From Oopsacas minuta (lineage: Eukaryota > Animalia > Porifera): a DNA stretch of 64,000 bases. The notes beneath the pieces are model-generated. The model searched no databases. It saw only the letters and a program-made list of their open reading frames with translations, and had not been told where the DNA came from. Positions 38,400 through 52,726 of the stretch are shown here, in pieces (position 1 is the stretch's first letter; every line of letters starts with the position of its first letter). The DNA lies in assembly GCA_024704765.1 (NCBI GenBank), contig JAKMXF010000222.1, positions 992,001-1,056,000 of the forward strand, in the 5' to 3' direction. Both the position numbers and the translations under genes were made by a program.

Positions 38400-38879
38400 T
38401 TCAATCAGAACGGCAGTCGATGCCTTAATCGAGATATATGATTTTACAAAAGGCGAATTCTCCTCAATTCGGATCAGATTCAGCGAATTTGAAGTCTGGA
38501 CGTGATGCTATCAGTAAGTGTATTGATCTATCTAAAGGGCAATAACTCCTGTTTTATTCTACTCAACCTTCCAGTCCCACAAAGAAACGTGTTATTAGAG
38601 ATGGGCGAATCATTTAGAACACTAACGTCAGGAAATCATGTTAAGCAGAAAATATTATATTTCCCCCATACAACAAAGTAGCTGATTATCGTGCCCCAAT
38701 GAGTGCATCATCAGAGATTATTGAGATTCAGGACAATGATCGAGTTAAATATGAATTGGTATTTCATATAAATGTACTTACAATAGGCAACTTTACAATT
38801 ACTTGAATCTAACCTATGTCCCGATGTTCCAAAATATCCGTTAGAGATTACCATCGCCGATGGAAGGGATGTTTCGGAT
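38400..38879 (+). pseudogene. 5' part of a third Transib/RAG1-like transposase (lineage C), interrupted by a hAT
   Basis: ENIIFPPYNKVADYRA (cf. copy A EDLKLPGYNSVAKHRA) and KYPLEITIADGRDVS (cf. VYPLKVRVSDGLDGS), running up to the hAT TIR. Confidence 0.75.
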
Positions 38880-41800
38880 CAGTAGCGGAGCTAAAATGGG
38901 GCTCTAGCCCCATCTAGATTTTGTCAGCCCTCAATTAGCCCACCCAGCCAAGCTGGTGTACCACTTTAATCAAACTAGCACTACATGAATAGTTTTAAGT
39001 ACCATTACGAATATTTAAATACCATATTATTGATTTCTCAATTGTGAATCGATAATTGTGGAAAAATATTTATTATTTGGAAGATCTAAGTTGGAGAAGG
39101 TAACAAATCATTGTAATGTCACCAATTGTTGTGTACGAATTTTATGTCACAAATTGTGAATCTTTAATCATGTAAAATTGTGAATTCTTCTAAGATCTAG
39201 GTTGATGAAAGTTAACCAATTATGAGGCAATTATTACTGCTGTAATCTATTTGCACTGTGTAACTACCACGCTCATTCATAATGGATTGTATAAAAGGGA
39301 TTTAACATTATCCAGTACTAATACATATTTTAGCTCTACTACAAATCCATATTGCTACATTTCAAATTCAAGAGGATTCCTTTGTGAAGAGAAAGCGTGC
39401 TGAGATTGAAGTGCACCAGCCAGAAGCAACTCAGGAATTTGAAGTGGAAGATTTAATAATTAAACATCCAGAACATATGAACTCTCCCAATCCTAAACGT
39501 GCAAAAACGGCGATGAATGTCTCTATGGAGGGCGCCCCAGATATTGCACAGAATCTGCCTGAGGATCCGAGACAGCTGAAGTTAATCACATATATACAAA
39601 TAATGTTAGACGGTCAGATGCGTTGCTTTCATAAAGGGTGGTACATTGGCAGACATAGGCTTGAGTATTCTCAAATAATCGATGCCATGTTTCTAGGTTA
39701 TTTCAGGTAGCTGGTGCTGGTCATGAGTTAAAGTGGGCTTCTCTATGTTTTGAAAATTGGAAAATTTCCATGGCGGAGAAAAAGGCATCAAACTTCATGA
39801 AGGGTCGTTATCTCATCTTGATTCAATGCTCAAATGGTCAGGGTACAAATTTAGTCTTCATGCCGGAACCATTGAGGTCATATTTGGAGCACTGAACGTG
39901 CAAGCTGTTCGAGATAATCGACACTATATACAAACAGTAGGTCAGGTCATCACTCTCTATACTGTACAAGACCATCCTCTCAGAGGTCAGCGTGAGGGAA
40001 GATTGGTGGATGATATGGGTGAAGTTATTGACCCTGAGTTCAACTGCGGATCTCGAAACAGAGGGAACTTTCTCGTTATTCTTCCTGCGTTTGGTGTCCA
40101 CAACAAAGTTATTAAAGAGAAACTCAACGGACCCAGAAATGCTCAGTATGTTCATCACTCCATCCAGGATTCAATACTGCCTATCCTTGCCAACTCTGTA
40201 CGCCAGGAAATTCTAGAAGAACTGAAGACAGCGAAGTATTTTTCTTTATTGACGGACGAATCTAGAGATTGTGAGAAAATTCAATAAATATCCGTTTGTG
40301 TAAGATAATTCTGCAGAGGTTGTGTTGCACGAAGATTTCTTCAACTTCGTCAGAGCAGAGGGGTTAGACGCGAATTCGATCATGCAAAAGCTGAGTTATG
40401 TGCTGGCAGTTATGGGTGTCTGCTCTCGTGATCATATGGTTGCCGAGTGTTATGATGGTGCTTCAACAATGAATGGACGACTACATGGTCTACAAGCACT
40501 TATGAGGAATAAAGTATGCCCGATGCCCTTATATGTGCATTACTGGGCACACATATGCTCAACTTAGTAATGGTTGCTTGCTGCCAAAATATCGACAAAG
40601 CCGTGTCATTTTTTGCGAGCATTCTTCAACAGCTCTATACATTCTTTTCAAATTCAGTTCCACATTATTTTTCGAGAAAACGTGGAAAGTCCTGGGTAGA
40701 TATGAGGCTCAACATCGTGAATTGAAATAGTTTTCCAAAACTCGTGGGGAGTGCCAAGCCGAGGCTTGCTCTGCTGCGATGCTTACTTTAGGAGCAACCA
40801 TTGCTACTGCAGAGCATTTTGCTCAAGATACTAACACCGATAGAAGAGCTGCAGAGCAAGGTATCGTCAATTTTATCGATACGGTCTATCTTCAATTATT
40901 CAGAAAAGTTCTGACACTAACTTCATATTGGGCGAACTATATGCAGGACAAACACATGGATATTGGCATTGAAAGGTAATCACATTGATGCTCTCAAAAT
41001 GTCTCTCTCTGGCGAGGATTTATTTGATGAAATCTGGGATACCGCAAAGGCACTCTTAGATGAACACGCGATATCGCAGCCGATGGAAAAACGCTGCAGG
41101 GTGCTAGGGCGCTCAATAAATCTTGCGGGTGAGATCATAGAACATGATACAAACCTATACACATTAATTCACTATAGTATTTATTCAAAGTAATCCCCTC
41201 CAGCAGATACACAAAGTTTCAACCTTTCCACCACTTGTAAAACACATTTCTGTACTCTTCTTCGGGGATGGATTTGAAGTACTGGTACAGGCCAGTTCCG
41301 AGTGCTTGTAATGTATTAAAATCTTTGCCTTGAAGGTAGATTTTAAGATTAAGGAATAGCCAAAATCACACGGAGCTGGGTCTGGTGAGTATGGTGGATG
41401 GGAAGTAATTCTAACCTTCCACATCCAATAAATTTTGGTATGCTTAGCTGTATGGGAACTGTCGTTATCAATTAAAATCTTCATTCCTCGAGTTGCGGTT
41501 TTCGGGCGGTACTTTTCTATATTTTTTATCAAATTTGGAAGCACTTGTTCTGTAAAGAAAGTAGCAGTAACAGCCTTGCCACTCTCACAAGGTAATTGCA
41601 AGACAATTCCATGACTACTGAAGAAGATGGTATACATAATCTTAGGTTCTCTGAAGTCGGGCCTAGGAATTTTGGTCGGTTGTTCGTCGCCCCTCACCCA
41701 TGATCGCTTCTTATACTTGCTATATGGTGTTGAATAGTACACCCACGTCTCGTCGCCAGTAATAATCTTTGTTAGGTGTCTAGAATCGCAGTTCTCAGAA

Positions 41801-43263
41801 GTTTCAAGAGTTTCTTAGCAATATTCAGTCGTGCCACCTTTGATTCTCACTGAGCTTATACGTGACCCATTTCCCACTAATCGATCGGTAGCCAAGCTCA
41901 GTCGTCAGAATTGTATGAATAGCTCCCCATGGAATCTCCATACTTTGTTCTAACTGATTGACAGTAATGCACTTGTCTTCCATGACCATACTTTCAATGA
42001 GTGCGATATTCTCTGAAGTGGTGGCAGATACCGGTCTTCCAGATCGAGGCAAATCTGTGACATCAGCATCACCAGAACTAAAACGGGCAGCCCATCGCTC
42101 TACAGTAGACCTGGAAGGGCAATCTACGCACAATATCTCCTGTAACTTGCTGAAGATCTGTACGGGCTGGATCTTGAGTATTGTGCGAAACTCTATGTAA
42201 GCTCGCAATTTGAGGTTGAAATTATCATCCTTTGAAGCCATAAATTCAACAGTGGGTATAAATTGACTACACGTAACTATCTCAAAATTTCATAATTTGT
42301 ATTGGATAAGCTTGAAACTTTCAGTATATGAAGTTTAACTATATGGGCTTATAATATATGAAAGTTGGATATATTACTTGACAAATTCCTAAGATATATC
42401 ATGACCCGCAAGACTTATTGAATGCCCTTATATGTAGAGATGATGCTGTCAATTCTAGGGTGTGGGTCAAATCGGACTACAAAGTGAGATTATTCGATCC
42501 AGTTGTCAGACTCTTCATGGCTGAACACGATAGACGTTTCAGCAAGGACACGTATTTCGTACCTTTGGCAATTTCTTTGATTCCCGCATCTGATGATTCC
42601 TTAAGATCCATGCAATGAAGTCCTTTATTGAGCGCTAGCATCTGAAATGAGGAATTGCTAATTAGCGAATTATACTGTGCATTCTAATCAATATAGAATG
42701 TCTAATCCACAGTTATAAAGATGATAGAGTTCATAAACTTCATCGAGCCACACAAAATGGTCTATACAGAACTCTACAAGGCCACCAGATGGTATATACC
42801 ATCCCTGTTACAATATCTGAGAATGAAAGATCGTTCTCTTGTATGAAGCGTGTTAAGACGTGTCATCGGAGCACTATGGATTATGATAGGCTGGGAGACC
42901 TCTCCACTTTGTTAATCAATAGGACTCCTGCATTTAAAATAGATATGGACGAGATAGTGGACTTATTCGAAAGGACTGGAGATCGGAGGATTCCATTGAG
43001 CTGATTTATCTATATATTCATCTATTTCAATTGTAAATTATTATGAAAATACTTTTGATAGGTATTGAATAGTCAATAGTGAATTATGTTACTGCTTCTA
43101 TTACTTATATTTCTAGAAACGAAAATTTCCAAAATCAATTACTATTTTGAAATTTTAATACACATAAATTTTTCTCAAAAGAAGAGCAAGCTATGCCAGC
43201 CCCATAAAGAAAAACTCTGCTCATTTTGGCTTCATCAGTGGCAGCGCGCTAGCGCCGCCACTG
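38880..43263 (+). mobile_element. hAT DNA transposon (ZMYM1-like), decayed transposase at ~39384-43004
   Basis: TIRs CAGTAGCGGAGCTAA and CTAGCGCCGCCACTG (12/15). 8-bp TSD TTTCGGAT/GTTCGGAT (7/8). Motifs RGQRE..NRGNFL, YFSLLTDESRD, ECYDGASTMNG, VTISENERSFSCMKRVKT. Confidence 0.9.
41107..42430 (-). mobile_element. Full-length mariner element with frameshifted transposase (41185-42241), nested in the hAT
   Basis: ~24-bp TIRs GGGCRYTCAATAARTCTTGCGGGT (21/24) with TA flanks. Motifs SRSTVERWAARF..DLPRSGRP, WVTYKLS, TGDETW, IDND, YSPDPAPCDF. Removing it can rejoin the hAT frame (KRCRVLCRDDAV). Confidence 0.92.
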
Positions 43264-43910
43264 GTTCGGATTGTCATAAAATTTACAACCAGTTCGATGG
43301 GAACCCACAATTCAATACAAAACTTTCATTCTCTTTTTCCATCAAGATGCTATCAATTAATGATTCTGATGGAAATACCCTTTGGTCAAACTAATTTCCT
43401 AATTCTCCATTTGTGCCAGACCAATAGCATTAGTAGCTCAAAAGGAAAAAGAAAATAATAGTATATCCTTAATGTATCTTATGATCAATCCTGAAGTGAC
43501 TACATTGAGAACGACTGCTAGAGCTACCATATGGTAATGCTAGAGTTAAAATTCTCCGCACAAAGTTTGATGGGAAATGTTTGGTATTCTAAGTAGAGCA
43601 GGGGGTGCAAATTACGAACTTTGGTGCTTTAAGTATTGCAGAATTAAAAATTTAGAGCTTGTCCGATCAGGGTTTCCTATCAACAGGACGATAACTTTAG
43701 CTAAGGAAATATTCTCTATTGTGGACACAGAAAAATATTTATTCCTACCTTCGAAAGATCATTGTGGTTTAACACACAAACCAATATATGAGATTGACAT
43801 AGTATCAGCATCTCCACTATATACCTACACATGTGTCTTTCGTTGGTTCATGCTTCTTATTTACCACATGCATTCAGGTACTTTCCATGGTTGCCTACCT
43901 CTAGAGTGAT
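43264..43910 (+). pseudogene. Continuation of the lineage-C Transib/RAG1-like transposase after the hAT
   Basis: DCHKIYNQFDGNPQFNTK..LWSN*FPNSPF(fs)CARPIALVAQKE, FDGK(fs)MFGILSRAGGANYELW and GFPINRTI..LTHKPIYEIDIVSASPLYTY are colinear with copy A. Confidence 0.8.
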
Positions 43911-44439
43911 AAAGGATTCAATGAAATTCACCCGGGAGTTCCTATACAGTATTGAAGAGACGCCGTAGATGCCAATATCAACGAACTTGACTGAGTGCAT
44001 GCCTGTTTCATCGTAACCTGACACACATATGGATATATTTACTCTATTTCAGACGCTCCGGAAGCACTTATCCATTGGTCCGGCTGAAACTGCGCGGAAT
44101 TTTAGTGCTAACAAAAATGCAAAAAGAATCTATTTCCGCCGTCAATAATTGCTGTCGCTGCTCCATAGCAACACTTCATACAATCTTAAACAGAGAGCAT
44201 GCCAGCACTTGTCTTTCCCCTGTCAGTGCGTGTTCACTTATTATTTTTCTTGAGCCAACTACATAATGCAAAGGGCATTAGCCTAAAAACTGATGTGATT
44301 ACAAACAGAATATATAATTACATTACAGTTCAAAAGTATGCTAAAGTGTTTCGTAGATATTTTTAATTATTCGATTAAAATTTGACAAAATGGTGAATGC
44401 TATGTTCGTTTCCTTGGATATATTGGTCTGCAATGATGT

Positions 44440-45950
44440 TAAGGTCAAGTTGATCTACTCCTCTCGTTTGATATCGAGTAGCACTACATAATTGAGTCTG
44501 CTCTGACTCATTTTACCGTGAAGGTAGGTCTTCAGACGCCTCATGGCTGAAAGACTGTGCTCACTGACGGCATTTGTAGCCGGCATGACTAGTATTAGGT
44601 GAGCAAGAACACACACTTCACTGAAAAACGGTTTGTGTCCCAGGGAGAGGCGCCTAAGGAAAGTCACACGCTCATCAAGAGATACATTCTCCATTTTCTG
44701 TCTCCTCTTCGAAACATGCGCCAAAGTTCTGTAGCTGAGCAGATAGAAGAGATCGATTAAAGTCGTCCTTGTAGAATGTTGTCACATTCCCGCAATACTA
44801 ATCCTAAAGTTGAGTATTTGCAGCACTAACAAGAAGACTTTCAAGATTCCTGTACAAGACATAACCTGCTTGATCAAAGCGGTCAGTGATACAAAAGATA
44901 GCAATCCCCAGTGCTTCATAGTACTGGTGACCGTAATGATCTTCCACATTTGTGTTGTGGGACTCTTCCCTGAGCGAACTTCGTACTGTTGAGAAGCTCT
45001 GCTTTTACGAGGAAGCATTAGAAGATCAGTGTCATTGAGTTCACGAATACGTTCAACATGGAGAAAAACCAATATAGAGGATTCTTCAGTACGCATCCTT
45101 TTCAGTGTGCCTACTGTCAACTTGGCTATCGTCTGTCCCTCAGCTACTGATATTGACTGCTTCTGAAGTGTGCGACTCAGATTATAGCTTATCTTGAGGA
45201 TCTTCATGCTCAATAGAAGACCAAACAAAGTCTTATAGTGCAACATCTGTGTCTGCACACCAATGATACGACTCTTGAAACATCTGGGTAGAGCTTGGAC
45301 TCAAGGCGCTCTTCCCACAGCTTTTCAAGGCATCAAAGTTGTCAATGATGCTTTCAACAGCATCACCACGTACAGTCCACCTAGATGGACAGATGGAACA
45401 GATGTTGTGCCTTATCCCGAGTTCTTCCTCAACTGGATTCTCCACTTTAATCGGTTCCGCTTCAGTAAAAATTTGATCAGATTGCTCACCTCAAATGCAA
45501 TGTCCGGAGTCACAGCACACTTTATAGTGCTTAATTGCATCAGCATCTGCGAGTTTGACTGAGAGGCACCTAGATCTCATCGAACTTAAACGGAGTGTGG
45601 TAAACAGCATCCCAACTTCTTTGATCTTGAAAGATTTGTAAGTACATAATTGATTTGGACAATAGTTATCCAAATATTTACCTACTAGATCATGTGTCAG
45701 CCTCAATTTTGATCAAAGTGACGAAGTTTGATAGCAGTGTTTCTATCTGCAATGGTTACCACACTTCAAAATTTTCGTGAAGAATGGGTTTACTGTTGAT
45801 GCCTGCCAAAAGGTTCATCACAAGGTGGGCCGTCTGTAAGTTTTGTTCGTAGAGATTAGTGCCAAGTGTAACTACACTCTTTGAAGTTCGTTGAAATTCG
45901 GTACATGTTTGCACATTTAATGGAATTTGGATGGCCATCGATAATATGGT
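44440..45950 (-). pseudogene. Decayed ZMYM1-type hAT transposase remnant
   Basis: CPSRWTVRGDAVESIIDNF, TLFGLLLSMKILK..NLSRTLQK, and VMPATNAVSEHSLSAMRRLKTYL..MSQSRLN (dimerisation). Ends not identified. Confidence 0.8.
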
Positions 45951-46599
45951 CTAAAGTTTCTCCTATATAATATACACGAGGCGCGAAGTTTCCATTTTAT
46001 CCCGTCGCGGAGCTACCAAAAGTACTAAGAAATTTTCTGTTGATTACTTAATTCAACATGTCGCGTAGCAACCTGGCAAGCGAAGCGCGCTAGTATAGAT
46101 TAATAGCGAGTAAATATTTGAGAAATGTACATGTTTCTATGTCCCGAATTGTTTGAAGAAACTGGATGCCCCCTCCAAGACTGATTTTAGTCATACAGGA
46201 GTATCATGGGCCTGGATCCGACAAGTTCGTATTTTAGTGGAAAGAGTCAGTACCATAGGAATCTAAAAGTGTTTTGCCAATTATCCAGTTCATGCTGACG
46301 ACACTCGCTTTGATGTCCGATTGCCTAGAAGGTATAATGACAATCTTTTCAATCAATTTCTTCCTCTAAATCCCCATAGAAATCTCATTTTGACTTATAA
46401 TACAGAAGATAAAAATTGTGTCAAGATTCAGGATTCAGACAGAGGCTCCCTCCAATATACCCTACCTCTACTATCAAAAAGTTGTCACGTTGTTACACTC
46501 ATTCTTTTATTCGTAGAAATTGGATTCACTGTGTTTCCATTACGTTATGTTTGTTCAAATTGGGTTGACAGAATTTCCGAACTGTCAACCGGGTGAAAA

Positions 46600-47990
46600 T
46601 AGTTGTCACTCCTGTCCTTACTCTGCCAACCTAGCAGAAATTGACATCACATAACCACATTACATCAAGACAATTCTGGACCGAGCGTGTCCAACAGCGA
46701 TACCAATTCATAGAAGTTAACTGAGTGGCGACCTCAATTTCTATGAAAAGGACGGAGTGAGGAAACCACTATCATTCCATCTGCCACGGTTACCAAACTC
46801 CTTAAAGTTGATAAAACTGGGGTCACTGATTCCACCAACAGAAAAATTCCTATTAGGTGAGTTTGTCAGGCAGTTATGTTAATTCTATGAACAGGAAGTA
46901 GTGTTGTAACCTGTTAACCTAACATCTATGAACTTTACCAAGTAGGGACACCAGTATACAAATTTCTACCTAATTCTTGATTTCATACAAGAGTGATCCC
47001 ACTACTGACTTGATTATATTGCGACCTCAATTTTCATGATTAACGGACTTTAGCAACCAGTTACGATAATTTCAACTAATTGACGGTTTGTTTGAGCAGT
47101 GGGATCACCCATTTTTACGAACTTGGTAAAGTGGTGATACAACTTGTTCTTCCGATTTCCACGAATACACTTGTGAGTGCAACCGTGTTCCCAATTTCAA
47201 CCAATTTTACAGAGTGTAGTTACCCGTGACATAATCACGGCAAAAATAACTTACTAACAATGTACCTTAATATGGACACTACTGCCTTGTATCAAACTTG
47301 AACCCGATCTTCGCGAACTTAAGCAAGTATGGTAACCATTTAAATGGGAACACTAGTTCCATACTTCGTCAATTTATCAAATATTAAGGCTGCCACATAT
47401 TCAAACAGGTTACTTTTGGTATCACTGTTGTCCTAATAAATATAGAAAGTACAAATTAGGCTTCGGGTGTCCCTAATCTGTCAAGTTCTCAGAAGTTGCG
47501 ATTACTTGTTACCACTCTCCGTCAAGTACATAGATATTGAGATCGCCTATTAACTTCCCAATATTAATGAAGATAACTTCATATTTATTGGGCTCACTGG
47601 TCAACACACTCCAGCCAGATTTATCTAGACTTAATGTAGTAACCCGTTATTCCAATCTCCACGAACTTGACAGAGAAGGACACCAGTGACTACCATATCA
47701 CTTGGATGACGAAATGAGGTATACAGTTACCTCAATTAATACGAACTTGACCTGCTCGCGTGACCAGTGACACAATTTTTATGAGCTTGACATAATTTGG
47801 TGAGCAGTGATCCCAATTTCAAACTACTTGATGTTATTTTCCAATTTCGATGAATATATGAGTGAGTGTTACAATTCTGTTTTATCGGAGTAGTGTAAAT
47901 TGGAGGGGTGTTACGTCTTGAATCCTGAATCTGACAAACTTTCATCTTCTGAACCATGTGGCCAAATAAGATTTCTTTGAAGATATATAT
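46600..47990. repeat. Second large patch of the same degenerate repeat family (smaller patches at ~27300-27900, ~38050-38250)
   Basis: Reverse-oriented units such as GCGACCTCAATTTCTATGAA, GTGATCCCAATTTCAAAC and AATCTCCACGAACTTGAC; homologous to 33590-34040. Confidence 0.55.
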
Positions 47991-48835
47991 TACGAAATTG
48001 CATTGAAAATATTGCCAAATTGTCTTACAGACCAACGCGTATCTAATCAAGGGAGGTCACACTGTGTGCCGATATGGCATATTAGGAAAATTTTCAATTA
48101 CGAATTTAACTAAGTTTTTGTGAATCTCTATCGTCAATTTTGTAGAAAATATTGATGATTGCATGTATGACCCGTAAGAACTTCGATTCAGCCAGCTAAA
48201 TTAACATATTCTTGAAATGTCTTCCAAAAGCATTCCAAAATCTTATTTCATTATTTTTCAAATTTTCAGGGATATATTCATTGCTCAGACTACATTCTTC
48301 ATTTTACATCAAAAAAGTATTCTCTTATCAAAAATATGTGCACATTTCGATGTTCTTGTCTTTTTGTCATCCTTCATCACTATTTCACATATTTCACACC
48401 TCTTTTGCTTTCTGGCATTTAGAAGGACTCGAGACCACAGTTAAAGCTAGTCTCTTAGTCATATAAACAAATATCTAGCACTTTCATGCGATATCAAAGC
48501 CAAAAAGCGCGAATACATCAGTATTAAGGTAATTTGGATTCCGAAAATATTTTAGGCCCCCCGACTCAAGGTCAAATCATAATAGGATATTCCTAATTGC
48601 TACTGAACACATGTTTAGAAACATTCTCAAAGGTTGATTGAATACTATGTATTAATATTTGAACACCAAACACTGGCTTTTGCCCTTAAAATATCGTATA
48701 TAGTGTATCAATCTTTGAAAACGTCTTTCTTGAAATAGAACATATACTAAAGCATGGAAACTTTGGCCAAGATAGTTTCATCATCATCAGATTGATTGGC
48801 CCAAAAACTTCCACGATTCTTCCAAGTGGTATGAA

Positions 48836-51623
48836 CAGGGCCGGCGACAGAATTTATGGGCCCCTAGCAAGATTTCTGGCCGGGCCTCACCATCACCCTA
48901 GCTCTGACAGACTTCAATTTTGTAATACCTTTGATCTTAGACATAAATATATTGCAACTAGAAACTTATCCTGAAATTTGAGTGAATTTATGTACGTAAT
49001 ATAGACATCAAGCATGTGAAATAATATAATAGGTAGAATAGATTAGACTAAATAATGGAAACTCTCAATAAGTTCAGCTCAGCAAAAGCATCTTGTTTTA
49101 GTAGATGCGAATGAATCTATTACTTGCGTGAAACCTACTAATCTAGCAAGCTCACTCTCTATGTAGAGAATTGTGAGATCGCTTAGTCTTTCCTGTAGCA
49201 TCGTACTCCGCAAGTAGTTCTTGATTAATTTTAACTTACTAAATGATCGTTCGGCAACTATTGTAACCGGTAAAGTTAAAAATATCCTTAAGGAAGTGCA
49301 TACACTCGGGAATATTCCCCCAAATATATTTTTTCGTATTGTATTTAGAAGCGAAAGTGGATCCAATGAATGATCGCTAAAGTTGGCATGATGGATCGTT
49401 TTAAGGTGTAAAACTTCAACTTGAAGTTCTTTGTCCGATATATCCGTATTATAATGTGCTCTGAGGTCTTTACATTGCTTGATAATATATTCTTCACTTG
49501 TATCGAGATAATTCCATAAGAATCCAAATATGAATAAAGGTAGCCTGGTAGTCTGCCTCATTTGAAATTTTATTATTTCTTTCAACATTATTATCTTCAA
49601 AGAACTCTTTTTTTTCTTTTATCGTACAGGCAGTGATGGTGCTACGTTTAGAGCTCTGGCAACTATATTAACTTCCTGTAAAATAGATGGCCATTTTCTT
49701 TTCGAGTTTTTAGTTCATCAAGTAGATCGTCCAAATTCCGTACTTCAACATCAATTGTTGCACCGCGAGCCTCGATTATTTGATTTCGTCATCTATAGCC
49801 ATTAAAACTTTATACCATATTCTGACATGAGCACGCATGTATAAGAAGAAACATACTTTATGGCACCAAATATTTCTGTTTTAGTTTTTGCAGTTAGATT
49901 AAGCTATAGTAATTTATTTAAGAATAAGTTAATACCTTATAAATGTGTAGTGAAGGGGCGGACGCTATCAATCCTCTCACTCCACCTCGTATGGGATTGA
50001 CCATGGAGTGAAATTCCAATGTTACGAAAAAGAATAGCCCATCACCTTGGACTTGCTGAAAATATGCAGTAAATTGTTTGAATTGTCCCGAAAAATTTTA
50101 TTGCATCCTTGCAACATAAAGTTGATTTTGTACCACACAAGTTTAGACTGTGGCACCCACAAGGTGAGAAAGTGCATAAAGGGTTCTCTTGCTTTAAAAT
50201 GTTTTGAGCTCCAGGTGTTTTGCTAAGTGTGTGAAATATCTGGAGTACATCTACCATGATAGAAAAATATTTAGCATTGCTTCGTTCTTCTAGAATGCAA
50301 TGGCGAACTTTATTTGCGCATAAAGGGATAAATTCGTTTTGAGTGTCCTTAGAAATGTAACGAGCTGTAAACGTTTCCCATCTTCTGGGATTCTCGCACT
50401 TTTGTAACATGCCCACGAAATACCGGATCATAATGAGATATGATTTCAATTATTCCAAGAAAATTGCCATTATGAACGTCTCCAATAGCATAAGTATCTT
50501 GCCTATATGATAGATCCCTTTCACCCAAGAAGAAAGCAACATCGATGATCCTTTGCTGTAGTTCACTCAGTTTAGAAATTTCGGTTGTGATGTTTGCATG
50601 AAGTTGCATATCAATTGTAGAGTTGTGCAGTAAACGCATCTCCAATTGACGCCATTCTAAGTAGCATCGTTTGTGATTTGTGATATTTTCATGAGAAGGT
50701 ATACGATCATATAGTCTTTTTCCACTTTGTACTAGGCCACAACCATTTACCGATTTTAGATACGAAGGGGTTGACCTGTTACAACTTTCTGTATATGCAA
50801 ATAACCTGAACGGGAAACAAAACAAAGCATTCTTACATTAACTGTAAACAAGCCAATTTCTGTTTTCAGTTCCCCATTTGAGCTTCTTTTCATGAAAGAG
50901 AGAATGGAAAAGCTTCACCTGTCACATCTGGAGGAATGTATGATGGTTTGGGATGAGGTCCAGCATTCACCCACTCCTCAATCTCTTTCTTTGAAACATG
51001 TTCATGTAAAGCTCCAATGTCGTATATCCTCACTTGAGTCTCAAATTCACAAACACTCTTAGCAATAACTTCTGAATGTATTCAGATACTTCTTTATTTC
51101 AACAATATCCAAGGCATCAACAATAATCTCATTCAATACTCCTTCTATAATTGCTGAATTTTCAGCTTGTTTGAGAATTCCAACTTGAAATAATGTTTGC
51201 AGACCTTTCATCGACTCTCCATCTCTTACCCGCTTCTCTTGACGTTTTTTGCGCACCTGATTTACGAATGTAGGACATAGACTTTAGATTGAAATATATG
51301 ATAATTGAAATAGAGCAATTTCTATAATTCCATATTTATAGTGTTGAAGGAAATAGATGAATAATAAGGTTTGAAACAGTGTAATAAATTAATGATAACT
51401 ATTAATGACAGAATCCTTTGTTTGCTAAGTGTAATATTGATAAAAAAAGCAATTATTCTATTAGTGAAACAAAGGAATTTATATTGTAATACAAGCTTAC
51501 ATGTACATACAAGACACAATGAACATCTAAATCCTAAAGAAACTATCACATGCGGACCCGGGGCCCCTATTTACCCGGGCCCCATTGTTTTACCCCAAGC
51601 TACCTCCCCTGTCGCCGGCCCTG
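48836..51623 (-). mobile_element. hAT DNA transposon (ZMYM1/TTF-type), internally degraded transposase at ~49079-51278
   Basis: Perfect 15-bp TIRs CAGGGCCGGCGACAG. 8-bp TSD GGTATGAA/GGTGTGAA (7/8). Motifs FLGERDLSYR..NGNFLGIIE, YFSIMVD, SPCGCHSLNL, FLTLPVT..AERSFSKLKLIKNYLRSTM. Confidence 0.92.
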
Positions 51624-52726
51624 GGTGTGAAAGAATTTGTGTTATCTTCGAACCCAGAATTCAAGATTATTTCTCCAGAAATTTGGCACATATTTAGGAA
51701 AATTGTTCAAGTATTCAAGAATTCAGAAGAAAAAATCGAAATGTGCATAGAAAACAAGAAACCTAGCCAAAATGTGTAATATTAGTCAACCGTAGGTTAG
51801 TTTATAGTGTTGTAGTAGATTAGCACTTATAGGAAACTTGATCCTAGTCAACACTGTATATATAGTTGACAATATTAGTACTATATATCATGTGAAGCTA
51901 TAATAGTGTTCTATTTATATCTGATGTTCTATATTAATTGCATATCTCATCGACAAAAATCTAACTTCTAATATTATCATCGAATAGATCACTCAAGAGC
52001 TTTTGTTTATCCAGTCAAAGAAAATTATCTTATCAGTAACGAAATTTCTTATATTCGATCCAATTTTAGATCAATCAGATTGGTTAAATATATAATTTAA
52101 CCACATGTAATTATTTATATTTTTCATTATTTTAATACTATGGATAATAGAGTTTAAGCTTATCCTTACTTTGTATATACTTTACTGCAAAGATTTAAGC
52201 ACATTATCAGGAAGAGTATTATACATACAGCTATTGTATTTATATTAGTTAAATCTTTGAATAGATTACACTTATTGGAACCTATTAAAGTTGGTCAATT
52301 CTATTTTATTATAGAATTGTGAGTTAAATTGTAGGAATAAATTGATATAGATTCAACATGAAATATTTATCCCTGAGTCTTACAATATAACTCTTGGATT
52401 CGCTATTTATAGGTCACAGAGAAGCCAATGTATTTACTTTATTAATTGCAGGTCGAAGATTTTTGAATATTATCCTCAATATTAGTTTATGGGTACACAT
52501 CTATTTTAGTCTAACATTGGTATTTTACATTAACCAAAATTCAACTAATACCAGAACAATAAACGTCATAAACAGACGTCAATTTTCTAATTTTACTGAA
52601 GAAAATTAGGAGGATTATCTATATATGCAAAAAGATAGGGAAAATTTGAGTCGCCTAATTATCGCTTTAAATTCTTTTGCACGATTTTATTTGTATTTCC
52701 CTTAACTTTTGATAGTGATCAGTTTG

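Noticed and set aside
52000-52620. Possible divergent gene upstream of TOP1 on the minus strand (MCTHKLILRIIFKNLRPAINK...)
   Set aside because: The reading frames close quickly even when a short GT-AG intron is assumed; unsupported.
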